Made by a program: the position numbers and the translations under genes
Shown here: positions 14,790-27,276 of the stretch, in pieces
Numbering within the stretch: the first letter of the stretch is position 1
Layout of the letters: every line of letters begins with the position of its first letter
Notes under the pieces: generated by a model
What the model saw: only the letters and a program-made list of their open reading frames with translations
The model's database searches: none
Told to the model about the DNA's origin: nothing
Source of the DNA: Octopus sinensis
Taxonomy: Eukaryota
Assembly (NCBI RefSeq): GCF_006345805.1
Contig: NC_043009.1
Location: 61,194,001-61,258,000, forward strand
Length of the DNA stretch: 64,000 nucleotides
Direction: 5' to 3'

Positions 14790-14836
14790 GGTGATGATGA
14801 TGACGATGATGATGATGGTGATGGTGATGATGATGG

Positions 14837-14867
<31 letters not shown>

Positions 14868-14893
14868 GGTGATGATGACGATGATGATGATGG

Positions 14894-14924
<31 letters not shown>

Positions 14925-14952
14925 GGTGATGATGACGATGATGATGATGGTG

Positions 14953-14984
<32 letters not shown>

Positions 14985-15010
14985 GGTGATGATGACGATG
15001 ATGATGATGG

Positions 15011-15041
<31 letters not shown>

Positions 15042-15067
15042 GGTGATGATGACGATGATGATGATGG

Positions 15068-15098
<31 letters not shown>

Positions 15099-15124
15099 GG
15101 TGATGATGACGATGATGATGATGG

Positions 15125-15155
<31 letters not shown>

Positions 15156-15181
15156 GGTGATGATGACGATGATGATGATGG

Positions 15182-15220
<39 letters not shown>
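14590..15220 (+). repeat. (GAT)n compound microsatellite with a 57-bp higher-order unit
   Basis: GAT array punctuated by GGT/GAC. The translation shows a repeated 19-codon block MMTMMMMVMMMMMVMMMMV. Confidence 0.9.
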
Positions 15221-15221
<1 letters not shown>

Positions 15222-15649
15222 GAGAAGGAGGTGAACTGTATGGTGATGATTATGATGATGACGATGTGGTTGTAAACCCCACTCTGTCATTATTGGGCTG
15301 ATACAGAATAATAGTACATAGGTAGTTATTAGTACAAGAACTGCATGTAATGTACAGATTCAACATTTCACATAAACTGAGCTTCTACCAGCCAAGGACT
15401 ACACTTCACATTCTAACTAGCAGTGCTACAGTCTGGGCGTATTGTACTTCCTCAATTATTCATGAACATCTGTTGTTGGTGTTGTGGTGTTTCAGTGGTG
15501 ATGGTGGCAATGGTTAGCTCCAATCAGCTCCAGTCCAGCAGATCTACAATCAAAGACATTCCAATCATGGCAATCCATATTTTTCTTCAGGCTTCATGCA
15601 TTGAAGACTATGTTACTGTGTTCTTCTGTTTCTATGACAGAAAGCAGTG

Positions 15650-15790
15650 ATACGATGAATATATGGCTGCTATTTCTACCTTCAATTTGGTGTCCATGCC
15701 TATCCTCACCTATGGTCAGGAATGTCGTGTAAAGACCAAAAGAGTGAAAGATTGCCATCATGAAACAAACTAGGTTATTTCCAGGAACCG
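15650..15790 (+). pseudogene. Decayed RTE-LINE C-terminal fragment
   Basis: MPILTYGQEC..KTKR resembles the RTE PILTYGSECW block. Confidence 0.4.
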
Positions 15791-15791
15791 G

Positions 15792-15823
<32 letters not shown>

Positions 15824-16109
15824 GATGATGGCGATGGTGATGGTGATGGTGGTGGTGGTGGTGGTTGTGGTGGTGGTGATGATGATGATGATGATCATGA
15901 TGTATTGTAAATGCTATTTATAGTGTTATTAGAGTTATATAGTAAATGGCAGAGTAGACAGGAATATTCTTCATTGAACTTCATATTTTAAGTGTATCAT
16001 GTGATAGAATCATGATGATGATGATGATGATGATGATGATCATGATGATGATCATTGATCCCAGGACTTAATAGTATTTTTTTAAATATCTGGTAGTTAT
16101 TCAATGATT

Positions 16110-16810
16110 CTCTTTTGCTGAATCACTAAGTTATGGGGACATAAACAAACCAACACCAGTTGTCAAGTGATATGGGGTGGGGACAAACACCTACACACAC
16201 ACACACATCTATATACAATGAGCTTCTACACAGTATCCATTTACCAAATTCACTCACAATGCATTGTTCAGCCTGGGGGGGTGGAGCTATAGTAGAAGAC
16301 ACTTGGCGGCGAGCTGGCAGAAACGTTAGCATGCCGGGTGAAATGCTTAGCGGTATTTCGTCTGCTGTTACGTTCTGAGTTCAAATCCCGCCAAGGTCGA
16401 CTTTGCCTTTCATCCTTTCGGGGTTGATAAATAAAGTACCGGTTCCGCACTGGGGTCGATATAATCAACTCAATCCCTTTGTCTGTCCTTGTTTGTCCCC
16501 TCTGTGTTTAGCCCCTTGTGGGTTGTAAAGACATAGGTATTTTGTCTGTCTTTACGTTCTGAGTTCAAATTCCGCCAAGGTCGACTTTGCCTTTCATCCT
16601 TTCGGGGTCGATAGATAAAGTACCAGTTTCGCACTGGAGTCGATATAGTCAACTTAATCCCTTTGTCTGTCCTTGTTTGTCCCCTCTATGTTTAGCCCCT
16701 TGTGAGCAATAAAGAAATATATAGTAGAAGACACTTTCCCAAGGTGTCACACAATGGGACTGAACCCAAAGCCTCTTGGTTGCAAAGTGAGCTTCTTAAC
16801 CACACAGCCA
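16110..16810 (-). mobile_element. CORE-type tRNA SINE (family B) interrupted by a family A SINE dimer
   Basis: Family B sequence at 16110-16304 and 16720-16810, split inside ctatagtagaagacact. Confidence 0.75.
16305..16719 (+). mobile_element. tRNA-headed SINE (family A) dimer with 17-bp TSD
   Basis: Full copy ggcggcgagctggcagaa...gttcaaatccc (B box)...aaagacata followed by a 5'-truncated copy. TSD tatagtagaagacactt at 16288-16304 and 16720-16736. Confidence 0.9.
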
Positions 16811-17565
16811 AGACTATTGGGTTTATATATTCTTTGGAATATAGAGCTAACAATGTTAATAACACCATTGAATTACAACAAGGACTGCTATTAAGGTTAA
16901 TAAAGATTGGAGAGAGAGGAAGATGAAATCTGTAGATCACTGATTGACTAAGCTACCAAAGAGTCTTAGTAATAGCACTGGATGTTAACCGGTTGTGGTT
17001 ATTGGCTTAGTAAGGAGGAGAGAGGATACCATATAGGTTACCGATTGACTAACTGCGTTAGTAACACTGCTCAGTGTTAACTGGCAGTGGTACTGATACG
17101 TAAGAGGGAGCGGAAGGGAAACGGAGCGGAAGAAGTTGTATAGATTACTGATTGACTTTAGGATAAAACCTCAGCAAATAATCAATAAATAGTTTTTGTC
17201 TTCAATATATCTACATTGATTGTTTAACAAGATTCTTCTGAAAGGATTGGGTGTTGCCAATATTTTTATTGGTCTCTCTCTCTCTCTCTCTCTCTCTTTC
17301 AGTTTTGCCCTCATGTTTTCCCTTGTCTCCACCTACTCCCTGCCAGTTATTCTCTCTCTCTCTCTCTCTCCCAAGTTTCACCTCCTCCTCCTCCCTTTCC
17401 AAGTTTCATCCATCCTTTCTCTCAGTCTCCTCCCTCTACTCACTTTCATAGCTTCTTGTGCTTTGTTGTTGCTCTAGCACCCTCCTCTCTCTTCAAGTAA
17501 CCCCACCTCAGTCTCCTCCAAAACTCATCCCTTCTCTCCTAGTTTCCCATTTTTCCAACTCCCCC

Positions 17566-17599
<34 letters not shown>

Positions 17600-18144
17600 G
17601 AGTATCTGCCACAATAAACTATAATATTAACTTGTGGTAATTTCTATAATTAAAAAAAGCTAAGAGAAAATAACTCAAAAGGGACCAATGCCATGAAAAT
17701 AAGTGAGAGACAGACATCTAGAGAGACAGAGAGTCTATTGAATACTCTAAATGATTTAGTTATTTTGTCTTAATTTCTTTTAGCTTTAATTATGCAAATT
17801 ACATTTGGTCAAGGATGTACAAATCTCTTTTTGGTATGTTAAATTATCTAACACTGATAAGATTTGAGTTAACAAACTGCTCTGCTGACGCTGTTCCCTA
17901 ACCCACCATTTTTCTGTACTCCCAATCATCTCCCTACCCTCCACATCTCCAGCTTATGCATCCATGGTCATCTCACACCCTTTATCCACTATTCACTACC
18001 ATCTACCTTTCAACCTTACCCAATTTTTAAAATTACTGCCTTCCTACCCTATCCTTAATCCATTCCCCATCTTGTCCCTAAACTTTTTTCCATCTCTCTT
18101 TTTTCTCCTTGTTCCTTCCTTTCCAATACCATTCCTCTTTTTCA

Positions 18145-18182
18145 TTTTTCCGACAAAGGACTAATGTCCAAAATGTCAAGGA
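18145..18182 (+). ncRNA. Decayed minimal hammerhead (Penelope pLTR type)
   Basis: ccgacaaa-ggac-taat-gtcc-aaaa-tgtc-aagga corresponds to CTGACGAA-stem II-GAAACGTC with CpG-type substitutions. Stem I is ttttt/aagga. Confidence 0.45.
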
Positions 18183-18629
18183 CACTTTCCTTTTCCTTTC
18201 AAGAGTTAAACTAATAACACCATTGGGAAAACTTGTCTTCTCTTGTGTTATTTTTGTGTTTTGGCTCATTCATCATATATATATACACATATATAAAATA
18301 ACGGATATATATATACACATATATAAAATAACGGATAACAGAGATTTATATCCAGTTTTATTCAGCAGTTAATTACTTCTTGTCATTTCTCCACCTACAT
18401 ATGTTTCTGCAGCAATTAATGCACACTGCAAAATTTGCATCTTTATATGGATTTACCGATGTCAAGTTAGACTGAGGTTAGTAAATCAAACTAACTGGAG
18501 TTTTTTATCCACTCACAAGCATTAGCTAGCATTAATTATTGGTAAAGCAACTATGGAACCCACTTGGATTCTATAGTCTTACCAACCAACTTTAAGAAAT
18601 TTATCATTATATATATATATATATATATA

Positions 18630-18712
18630 TATATACGAAAGAAGGTTTGAAAATGCAATTTAAAAGATGTTACATCTTTTAAATTGCATTTTCAAACCTT
18701 CTTTCGTATATA
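18630..18712. repeat. Perfect 41-bp inverted repeat with 1-nt spacer
   Basis: 18630-18670 is the exact reverse complement of 18672-18712 and abuts a (TA)n tract. Confidence 0.95.
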
Positions 18713-18748
18713 ATTCCACATGTGCAGTACCCCACAACTCCACTTTGT

Positions 18749-18819
<71 letters not shown>

Positions 18820-19027
18820 GCTAGACAGATAACAAACAGTGTAAGAGGGGTGGGTGGAAGGAAGATGGCGAGTGGAGAGGGGGAGAGAGGGAGAGATGGA
18901 AGGAAGGGGAGAGATGGACGGAGGGGGAGAGACAGGGTGGGAGAGAGAGTGACAGACAGACAGAGAGAGGGATAATTATTTAAAACTTGAGTACACACAC
19001 ACACACATACACACATACAAACACACA

Positions 19028-19080
<53 letters not shown>

Positions 19081-19499
19081 GCCTAATACAGTTTTGCTCA
19101 AAAGGCAATGCTCAAAATACTGCCCAGTGACTGAACCATAATGGTTCAGAAATGAATGTCCAAAGCACCTGATCACACGCACACACACATACACACGTGC
19201 ATACATGCACATGCACAAACACAACATGCACTTACATGGATGTCTACGCATGTGTGTGTGTGTGTCTGTAGAATAAATGATGTAAAAGGAAATAAGCACA
19301 GTGTATGCCTCACAGCTGGTTGTTGTTCATTAGCCTATCAATTAAATGGCCTGCACTAATTATTAGCAGAAAACACATGATATGAACAGTTGACCCCTAT
19401 TAGCTGATTGCCCATTACCTTATCAGCTCGGCTAATATTTGAGGTTTATGTGCATGTGTGCATACAATTACATACATACATCATACATATACACATACA

Positions 19500-19541
<42 letters not shown>

Positions 19542-19632
19542 TATATGTTTAAATATATATATATATATGCACACATGTATATGTTTATATCTATATATAC
19601 ACACATATGCTTATATACATACATATATATAT

Positions 19633-19729
<97 letters not shown>

Positions 19730-19744
19730 CACATGTATATATAT

Positions 19745-19783
<39 letters not shown>

Positions 19784-19789
19784 CACATA

Positions 19790-20595
19790 CCCTCAGAGCA
19801 AAAGGTAGATTGTATGATGCATGTGTGCGAACTGCCATGCTTCACGGTAATGAAACATGGGCTGTGACTGCAGAAGACATGCGTAGACTTGAAAGAAATG
19901 AAGGTAGCATGATTCGCTGGATGTGTAGTGTCAGTGTGCACGCAAAACAGAGTGTAAGTATCCTGAGAGAAATGCTGGATATAAGAAGCATCAGATGTGG
20001 TGTGCAAGAGCGACGCTTGCGATGGTATGGTCATGTGCTGCGGATGGATGAAGAGAGATGTGTGAAGAAGTGCCACTCCCAAACAGTTGAAGGTATCAGG
20101 GGGAGAGGTAGACCCAGGAAGACATGGGATGAGGTGGTCAAGCATGACCTCAGAGCATTGGGCCTCACTGAGGCAATGGCGAAGGACCGAGATCTCTGGA
20201 GATATGCTGTGACTACAAAGACCCGGGCTGCTTTCTGCAGCAATTCCACATACCCCCTACCCATTCTAAGTACCCCGGATCCCCAAAGTACCCTGGATCC
20301 CCAAAGTACCCCGATCCCCAAAGTACCCCGGACCTCGTTGCCCCCGTGCCGCTGACACGTTAAAATGCTCGAACCGATCGTGACGATGCCGGACCCTCCG
20401 GCCCCTGTGCAGGTGGCACATAAAAAGCACCCAATCCACTCACGGAGTGGTTGGCGTTAGGAAGGGCATCCAGCCGTAGAAACTCTGCCAGATTCAGACT
20501 GGAGCCTGGAGCGGCCCCTGGCTTCCCAGACCCGGTCGAACCGTCCAACCCGTGCTAGCGCGGAAAGCGGACGTTAAACGATGATGATGATGATA
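19790..20595 (+). mobile_element. 5'-truncated RTE-clade LINE (ORF C-terminus, 3'UTR, (GAT)n tail)
   Basis: [23 protein letters not shown]...RRLRWYGHVLRMDE...GRGRPRKTWDEVV...DRDLWRYAV is typical of the RTE C-terminus. The UTR ends ggacgttaaacgatgatgat. An 18-bp unit (aagtaccccggatcccca) occurs about 4 times at 20268-20335. Confidence 0.92.
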
Positions 20596-21213
20596 CACAC
20601 AATCATATATGCAGATGAGATTTTTCTGTTACCATGCATGTGCACGCGCATGTGTGTGTGTGCATGTGTGTATAAAAATGAAGATGATGGTATCATCGTG
20701 TCCCAGACATCCATCCGCAGCACTTTGATCATAAATCTTGTTTGATTATGACTGACATGGCATTAAACAACAAATACATTTGATTTGAGATCTGCTGGTT
20801 CAGAACTAAGCTGAGACTAAACTTAGTCATGGCCAAAACACATTTGATCCTAGGTTTGCTGGCTCAGGACTGATTTTGAGTTGAGCAACCACAGCTCTTT
20901 GGTTCATAAAGCTGACAGATCAGAACTGGGCTACAGTCAAACAACAACAACAACATGGTCAAAGATGGAAGACTTTATATCATAGATTCCCTGGCTCAGG
21001 AGTGATCTGATGATCTGGGTTTAAGCATTCCATATTGTTGTGTTGACACCCCCAGACGATGAAGTAGACTAGTCCAATACGTAGATATAGAGGGAGAAGT
21101 CTAAACGTCAGGAGTTGAGTAGAGGTTATCCGAACGTGCGACATAACAGTGGCGATGAAGATTTCGTAGCTCACACAGCTACTGTGTAGGATTGCGATAT
21201 AACACATATACGT

Positions 21214-21369
21214 GCAGGCATGATTGTGGTGCAAGAACTTTGCTTCCCAACCACATGGTTCCAAGTTCAGTCCTGCCGTATGGCACTCTAAGCAAGTGTC
21301 TTCTACTATAGCCTTGTGCAGACCAAAGCCTTGTGAGTGGATTTGGTAGGTGGAAACTGAAAGAAACCC

Positions 21370-21425
<56 letters not shown>

Positions 21426-21630
21426 TATGTGTATTTGTTTGTGTCTGTGTTTGTCCACATCATTGCTTGACACCTGGTGTTGGTTTGTTTACATTCCCAT
21501 AACTGATAGAATAAGTATCAAGCTTAAAAGCAATAAGTACTGGAGTCAATTCTTTTGACTAAAATTCCTGAAGGCAATGCCCCAGCATGGCCACAGTCTG
21601 AAGACTGAAACAAATGAAAGATAGAAGATA
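21214..21630 (+). mobile_element. CORE-type tRNA SINE (family B)
   Basis: tRNA-like head, CORE-like gcaagtgtcttctactatagcc, internal (TG)n, and a tail ending cagcatggccacagtc...gaaaca. Confidence 0.85.
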
Positions 21631-21634
21631 AAAA

Positions 21635-22260
21635 ACACTGATGTAGACCTAGATTCATTGGGAATGTCATGACTGGAATGCCTATGAATATAAGTCTTGC
21701 AAGATATGGACTGACCTGGAGCTAAAAAATCACACTACACATCACACAGATGTACTCCTAAATACACTTTGGTCAGACCTTTCATCAGAGGTCTGCTCAG
21801 TCAAAGTTGATCTAAGTTAAACAAGAATAATAATACACAGCACTGGTGTAATCCAAGATACACTATGGTCATAGCTTTAATATCTTTCATCATCTGTCAG
21901 CTGTGGCAGGACTAGTCTGGAGCTAATCATCAACACACACACTGATGTAGTCCAAGATACATTAAGGTCATAGCTTTAATACTTTTCATTATAGGTCAGC
22001 TAGATCAGGACTAGCCTGGAATTAAACAGCAACACACACACTGATGTAGTCCTAGATACACTATCGTTTAGGTGGTAACAGTTTTGATCATAAGTCCATT
22101 GACTTTGAGCAGGCCTAGGATGAAACAACAATAAGGACACTACAGCACACTACATCACACAACACAAGTGTAGTCTTTGATACACTTGATCATGGTTGTA
22201 ACATTTTAGATCATAAGACCGTTGGATGAAGGCTGACCTAAGGATAAATATCAACAACTA
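21635..22260 (+). repeat. Tandem array of about six degenerate ~100-125 bp units
   Basis: Unit acactgatgtagtccaagatacact...gatcagg(g)ct(g)acctgg(a/g)gctaaacaacaac. Single copies of the unit tail occur near 58850, 60745 and 62230. Confidence 0.65.
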
Positions 22261-22780
22261 TAACAAAGACAGTGATGACGACAATATGACGACAATGGCA
22301 ACAACAACAACAACATGGATGACATCTAGAATAATAAAAATGACTTAAAAAAAGAGAAATAAATATGAAGTGAAAATGCAAAATGTCAGTATTGAGAGAA
22401 GAGTTCTGTTGTTGAGATATGATTGTTGAAGAAATCAATACTTTATAACTGTGAAGTCTGACCTAGAATGGATTAGTCAAATACACCTGATGTTTACCTC
22501 ATCATTACACCTGTTGCATAGGATTTAACAAGAGAACTTTTGTATCGACAATTCTTAAACTGGGAGGAAATATCCCACTGAAGTGAAATTTGGAGATTCC
22601 AGTGAAGAAATAAACTTTTAGGTTGAAAATATTTTCACATTGTTTCCATAAGATTTATTTTCTTTAATATTGATTATAAAGAGGTTAATGTTGGATTAAT
22701 ACAAAGCTATTAATACAGTTATGTTTATAGATTTGTTTTGCAAGATTCTTGATGTGAAATCGTGTGTTGAAACAGATGTT

Positions 22781-22935
22781 GTTGTATTTAGAAATGGTCA
22801 TTTTGCCAGTTTAGCCAAAATAAGATTAAGATTAATGTAAAAAATAAATAAAGCTGAAGCAAATTAACACCAAATATATAGTGTTCATGTGTTTTTATTG
22901 GCTAAAATGGCAAAATGACCATTCCTAAATACAAC
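22781..22935. mobile_element. MITE-like element with 38-bp TIRs
   Basis: 22781-22818 versus the reverse complement of 22898-22935 shows 2 mismatches in 38. Confidence 0.75.
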
Positions 22936-23210
22936 ATATTGATACAGAGTATCTCATAATGAAGGGACACATCTTAAATGCAAGTAACTAAGACGAGAAC
23001 AACCATATTTATTGAGTAAAGTGTGTCATGCAAAATCAAGGTATAAGAGTCCATAATAATGTTTAAGGTTTGCATATCACACCTGTAACAAGAATATTTA
23101 GCAATCAGATCATTATATCCAATGTCACAATTCACTAGAATATTTCCTACATCATAAAAAAACAATCTGACCAATCAAAACTTTGCATGGAATCAGCACC
23201 AACAACAAGC

Positions 23211-23540
23211 AGAGGTGCAATGGCCCAATGCTTAGGGCAGCGGACTCACAGTCGGAGGATCGCAGTTTCAATTCCCAGACCGGGCGTTGTGTGTGTTTAT
23301 TGAGCAAAAACACCTAAAGATCCATGAGGCTCTGGCAGAGGGTGGTGGCGAACCCTGTTGTACTCTTTCACCCCAACTTTCTCTCACTCATTCTTCCTGT
23401 TTCTTGTCCCCGATTTCCTACGCAACCGCTGAGCCCGGATGCGCATTCGTCCAACCGTCGATGCTCTCGGTGTTGGGGGTTGACCTGCTTTCTCTTCTGC
23501 GGGTCTTACGAATAGCAAAGGACCACGTTTTGAACTTCTC
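23211..23540 (+). mobile_element. tRNA-headed SINE (family C)
   Basis: A box tggcccaatgc and B-box-like gtttcaattccc. The first ~170 bp match 43846-44015. Confidence 0.8.
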
Positions 23541-24609
23541 CCACTGGATGAAGACCACTACACTCAACAGTAACAGCAACAGCAGCACCAACAACAATTT
23601 CATCTCTGGAACACTTTCGTCTGAGCCAAACCACCATTATATATATCTTCAGTGCAGCTAAATCCTCTGACAACAAATGGCTGATGGCAGCTGACCTAAG
23701 TGCTGGACCAACACAAAGGCAGTGAACAGACAGTGAATGAGAGACATCTGAAGACAGTAGCACAACCACAATGGACGAGTGGCAACAGCAACAAATAAGG
23801 ACCAGCTTACATTATGACTGCTGTTACAATTGCACCAATCCAGGAACAATAATTTTCAATTCTCTCAAGGTTCTGTCATTCATAGTAATGACATCTTTTT
23901 GTTTATGAAAAGAATAAATATCATTTTATCTAAAATCCCAAATAGATATCAGTGTTCTATATCATAATATCGTTTAGGTGGTTAACCCTGCCAAATGAAT
24001 GTTCTAGGGTTCTTCCTGTCTTGATCACTACAGTACAGTGCAACACACCACCAGCAGGAATGGCCCCTATCTTCCTCCAAATTCTTTGTTTTCTTAAGAT
24101 GTGTTGGGTTTCTCGGTGCTCCAGCATGGCCGCAGCCTTTGGGTTGAAACATTTTAAAGGGTTTTAAGGATTTATACATTCTTTTCTCCAGGTGCCCCAC
24201 AAGAAATAGGCCAGTGGATGTAGTTCTGATGAATGGAATGGTCAGTGAATATCACTGAATCAGGAAATGAAGCATCCAGAGAATCGTTGTAGAAGTATTT
24301 GCCATTGGCAGTCATGCCTTATAACTAGGGGCACCGTCATTTGAAACATGGCACTTTTAAAGATGGGCTAAGAATCCACGATCTTGTAAGTTACAAATAA
24401 AATGTGATCCAACGTTATGAAACACTCTGTACCAAATAAGACTACTTTCTTTATATCATAATTGCATGTAGTGGGGGTGACCTAGATTGTGAACTGATAA
24501 AGGGGAGGAAAAAGAGGTTAGACACTGATTTGTGTGGTCCTTCAACTTGCTAGAAATAGAAGAAATAGAACTATTTTAAAAGGAAATGATACACATTGGG
24601 TAATGTTTT

Positions 24610-24995
24610 TCTAGATATAAGAGCACCATCTGAGCGTGATCATTGCCAGAGCGGCTATCTGGCCTCTATGCCAGTAGCACGTAAAAGACACCATTTGAGC
24701 GTGATCGTTACCAGCATCGCCTTACTGGCACCTGTGCCGGTGGCATGTGTAAAAGATTCAAGTGAGGTCATTGCCAGTACTGCCTGACTGGCCCTCATGC
24801 TGGTGACGCGTAAAAGCGCCCACTACACTCTTGGAGTGGTTGGCGTTAGGAAGGGCATCCAGCTGTAGAAACTCTGCCAGATCAAGACTAGAACCTGGTG
24901 CAGCCATCTGGTTCGCCAGCCCTCAGTCAAACCATCCAACCCATGCTAGCATGGAAAGTGGACGTTAAACGATGATGATGATGATGATGATGATG
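24610..24995 (+). mobile_element. RTE 3'-tail derived element
   Basis: Shares gttggcgttaggaagggcatccagc...ccaacccatgctagcatggaaa..ggacgttaaacgatgatg with the 3'UTR of the LINE at 20440-20595. Confidence 0.85.
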
Positions 24996-25384
24996 AATCC
25001 TACAAGATGGTATTGTCTTTGCCAAAAGGATTTTGATCATTGATCAAACATAACCTGCACATATACACAGTATGGCATCATACATACACACTTAGTGAGT
25101 ATGACATCGTACATACATACAGGATCTCAATATGACATTATACATACTCTCAGCAGATGAGTATGACACCATACACATACACACACACTTACTTAAGCCT
25201 TTTATTTCCTACGGAACATAAGCCATTTTCACAACTTTTATTCACTTTTCTTGATTCTGGGTTATTTTTTCTCTCTCAGGATTTGTTGCTTTCAAATTGT
25301 CATCAATGCTTCTGCAGCACTGCTTTTTTGTAGGTAGGGGTGTTGGCTGTGCTGGATAGACTATTAAGCAAAATGCACACATGC

Positions 25385-25613
25385 TTAACTCTTTCTTTAC
25401 TGAATTTATTTTGAGATTCTCTGTTTTTCTCTCAATTATTTTAAATATAACAAAGAATTTAGTAAAATAACTTAGTTATCATTAAGTTAGTGTTAGGAAC
25501 ATTAATTGTGACTAAGGTTTGGTGAAAGATTTTAATTCAAAACTTATGAAAACAAGACATTTGTACTACAGAGCTAGGGCCGGTTTTAGCCGGGTTAGTA
25601 ATGAAAGGGGTAA
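25385..25613. mobile_element. piggyBac-like MITE (decayed)
   Basis: Ends ttaactctttctttac and gtaatgaaaggggtaa resemble TTAA-CCCTTT...AAAGGG-TTAA termini. Confidence 0.5.
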
Positions 25614-25999
25614 AGCATCAAGAGGTGGGGGCACCATAGAAATGGTAAATCATTTATGGCACAAAAGAAATCACTTTAAACTTGTTTAAATATTATTCAG
25701 TATGTCTTATCTCTACTAAGTATAGAAGCAGATGAGTTACATTAGATTAATTTTGAGGATCTGATCAAAGTCTTTGCAATTATAAAAACTAAGAAAAAAA
25801 CTTTTCAAATATAAGTAAAGTGGAAGTATACAAAAATAAATATTATTTTCCCTCTTTCTGACAGTTTGTTTTCATTTTGAAAAATTAAAGACTATTTTAT
25901 AGTTTCTTATTGTTTATATTTTGAGTTGCATATACAGGGACACCAAAATCTTTGAAGAATCAAGGGCCTCTATGGCTCTAAATTCTAAATCCAGCCCTG

Positions 26000-26160
26000 A
26001 GTGTTGGCCCTATGCAAACCCATTTTACTACTAGTCTGGTCTCTCTCTTTTGGCCTGTACATTATGGGATGCCCAACAAGGAGCTTGTCCTCGGCTGACA
26101 TAACTCTCAGGGTCATTGAGACATGCAAGCCATCACACCACAATGAAGACTGGAACTCGT
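26000..26160 (-). mobile_element. RTE-like 5' end fragment
   Basis: Minus strand tgtggtg..ggcttgcatgtctcaatgaccctgagag resembles RTE 5'UTRs. A related sequence lies at 49700-49860. Confidence 0.45.
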
Positions 26161-26885
26161 GTTTATACACACAGTAGGTGATTATGACACTGTAAGTATA
26201 CACACTGCCACTTGTGGTTGTACAATGTAGATGATTGTGGAAGAAAGCCAAATAGAAATGGTGAATATGATGGTAGAAAGACTATTTATTCCAGATGTTC
26301 TATAGAAAGTCTGGCTAGTCTTTCAGAAACATAAAGCGAGAGATATAGAAGAGAGAGAGAGAGAGGCGACAAAGAAGATGAACAACAATGAAAATAAACA
26401 ACAACAAAAAGTTTAGAAAAGAAGAATATCTTCTCCAAGACCAGCATGACTGGCTCAGTAACAGCGCTAGAAGCAAAGAGACTGACACAAACACACAAAG
26501 AAGCAACCGAGAAATCTTGTTTCACACACGTGCACACACACACACACACAGACACATATAAACACATATATACACGCACGTGCATTTAAACGACACAAAT
26601 TGTACATCAGAAGCAAAATGGAGAAGAACCCAGACAACGACACAGATTTGTGGCTTTGTCTGGCATTGTGGGCATCAACACGATAAAGAAATACAGGCGG
26701 GTAAGGTCTTGTACTAGGGGACAAACTTGTCCGACCCATAACAGCATGGAAAAAAATCATCGAGTGTATGTTGATGATGTTGATGATGATGATGATGATG
26801 ATGATGAGGATGATGATACGTGTGTGCATGTTTATACATACATACACACACACATGCATATATGTATATATATATATACATATAT

Positions 26886-27083
26886 ACATCATCATCATCA
26901 TCATCATCGTCGTTTAACGTCCGTTCTCCATGCTAGCATGGGTTGGACGGTTCGACTGGGGTTCTGGGAAGCCAGAAGGCTGCACCAGGCTCCAGTCTAA
27001 TCTGGCAATGTTTCTACAGCTGGATGCCCTTCCTAACGCCAACCACTCCGTGAGTGTAGTGGGTGCTTTTTACGTGCCACCTG
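26886..27083 (-). mobile_element. RTE 3' tail copy
   Basis: catcatcgtcgtttaacgtccg...ccatgctagcatgggttggacgg...ggatgcccttcctaacgccaacc. Further minus copies at 28660-28860, 29820-29880, 30370-30700, 46470-46760 and 61625-61835; plus copies at 39175-39470, 58310-58700, 59295-59345 and 59815-59865. Confidence 0.9.
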
Positions 27084-27212
27084 CATATATACACATATAT
27101 ACATATATACACATATATACATATATACACATATATACACATATATACATATATACACATATATACATATATATACATATATACATATATATACATATAT
27201 ATACATATATAC

Positions 27213-27276
<64 letters not shown>

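Noticed and set aside
14302-15234. 310-aa Met-rich ORF
   Set aside because: It is the (GAT)n array. The opposite strand is equally open.
19408-20355. 315-aa ORF as a host gene
   Set aside because: The N-terminal part is microsatellite and the rest is a 5'-truncated RTE ORF with its 3'UTR.
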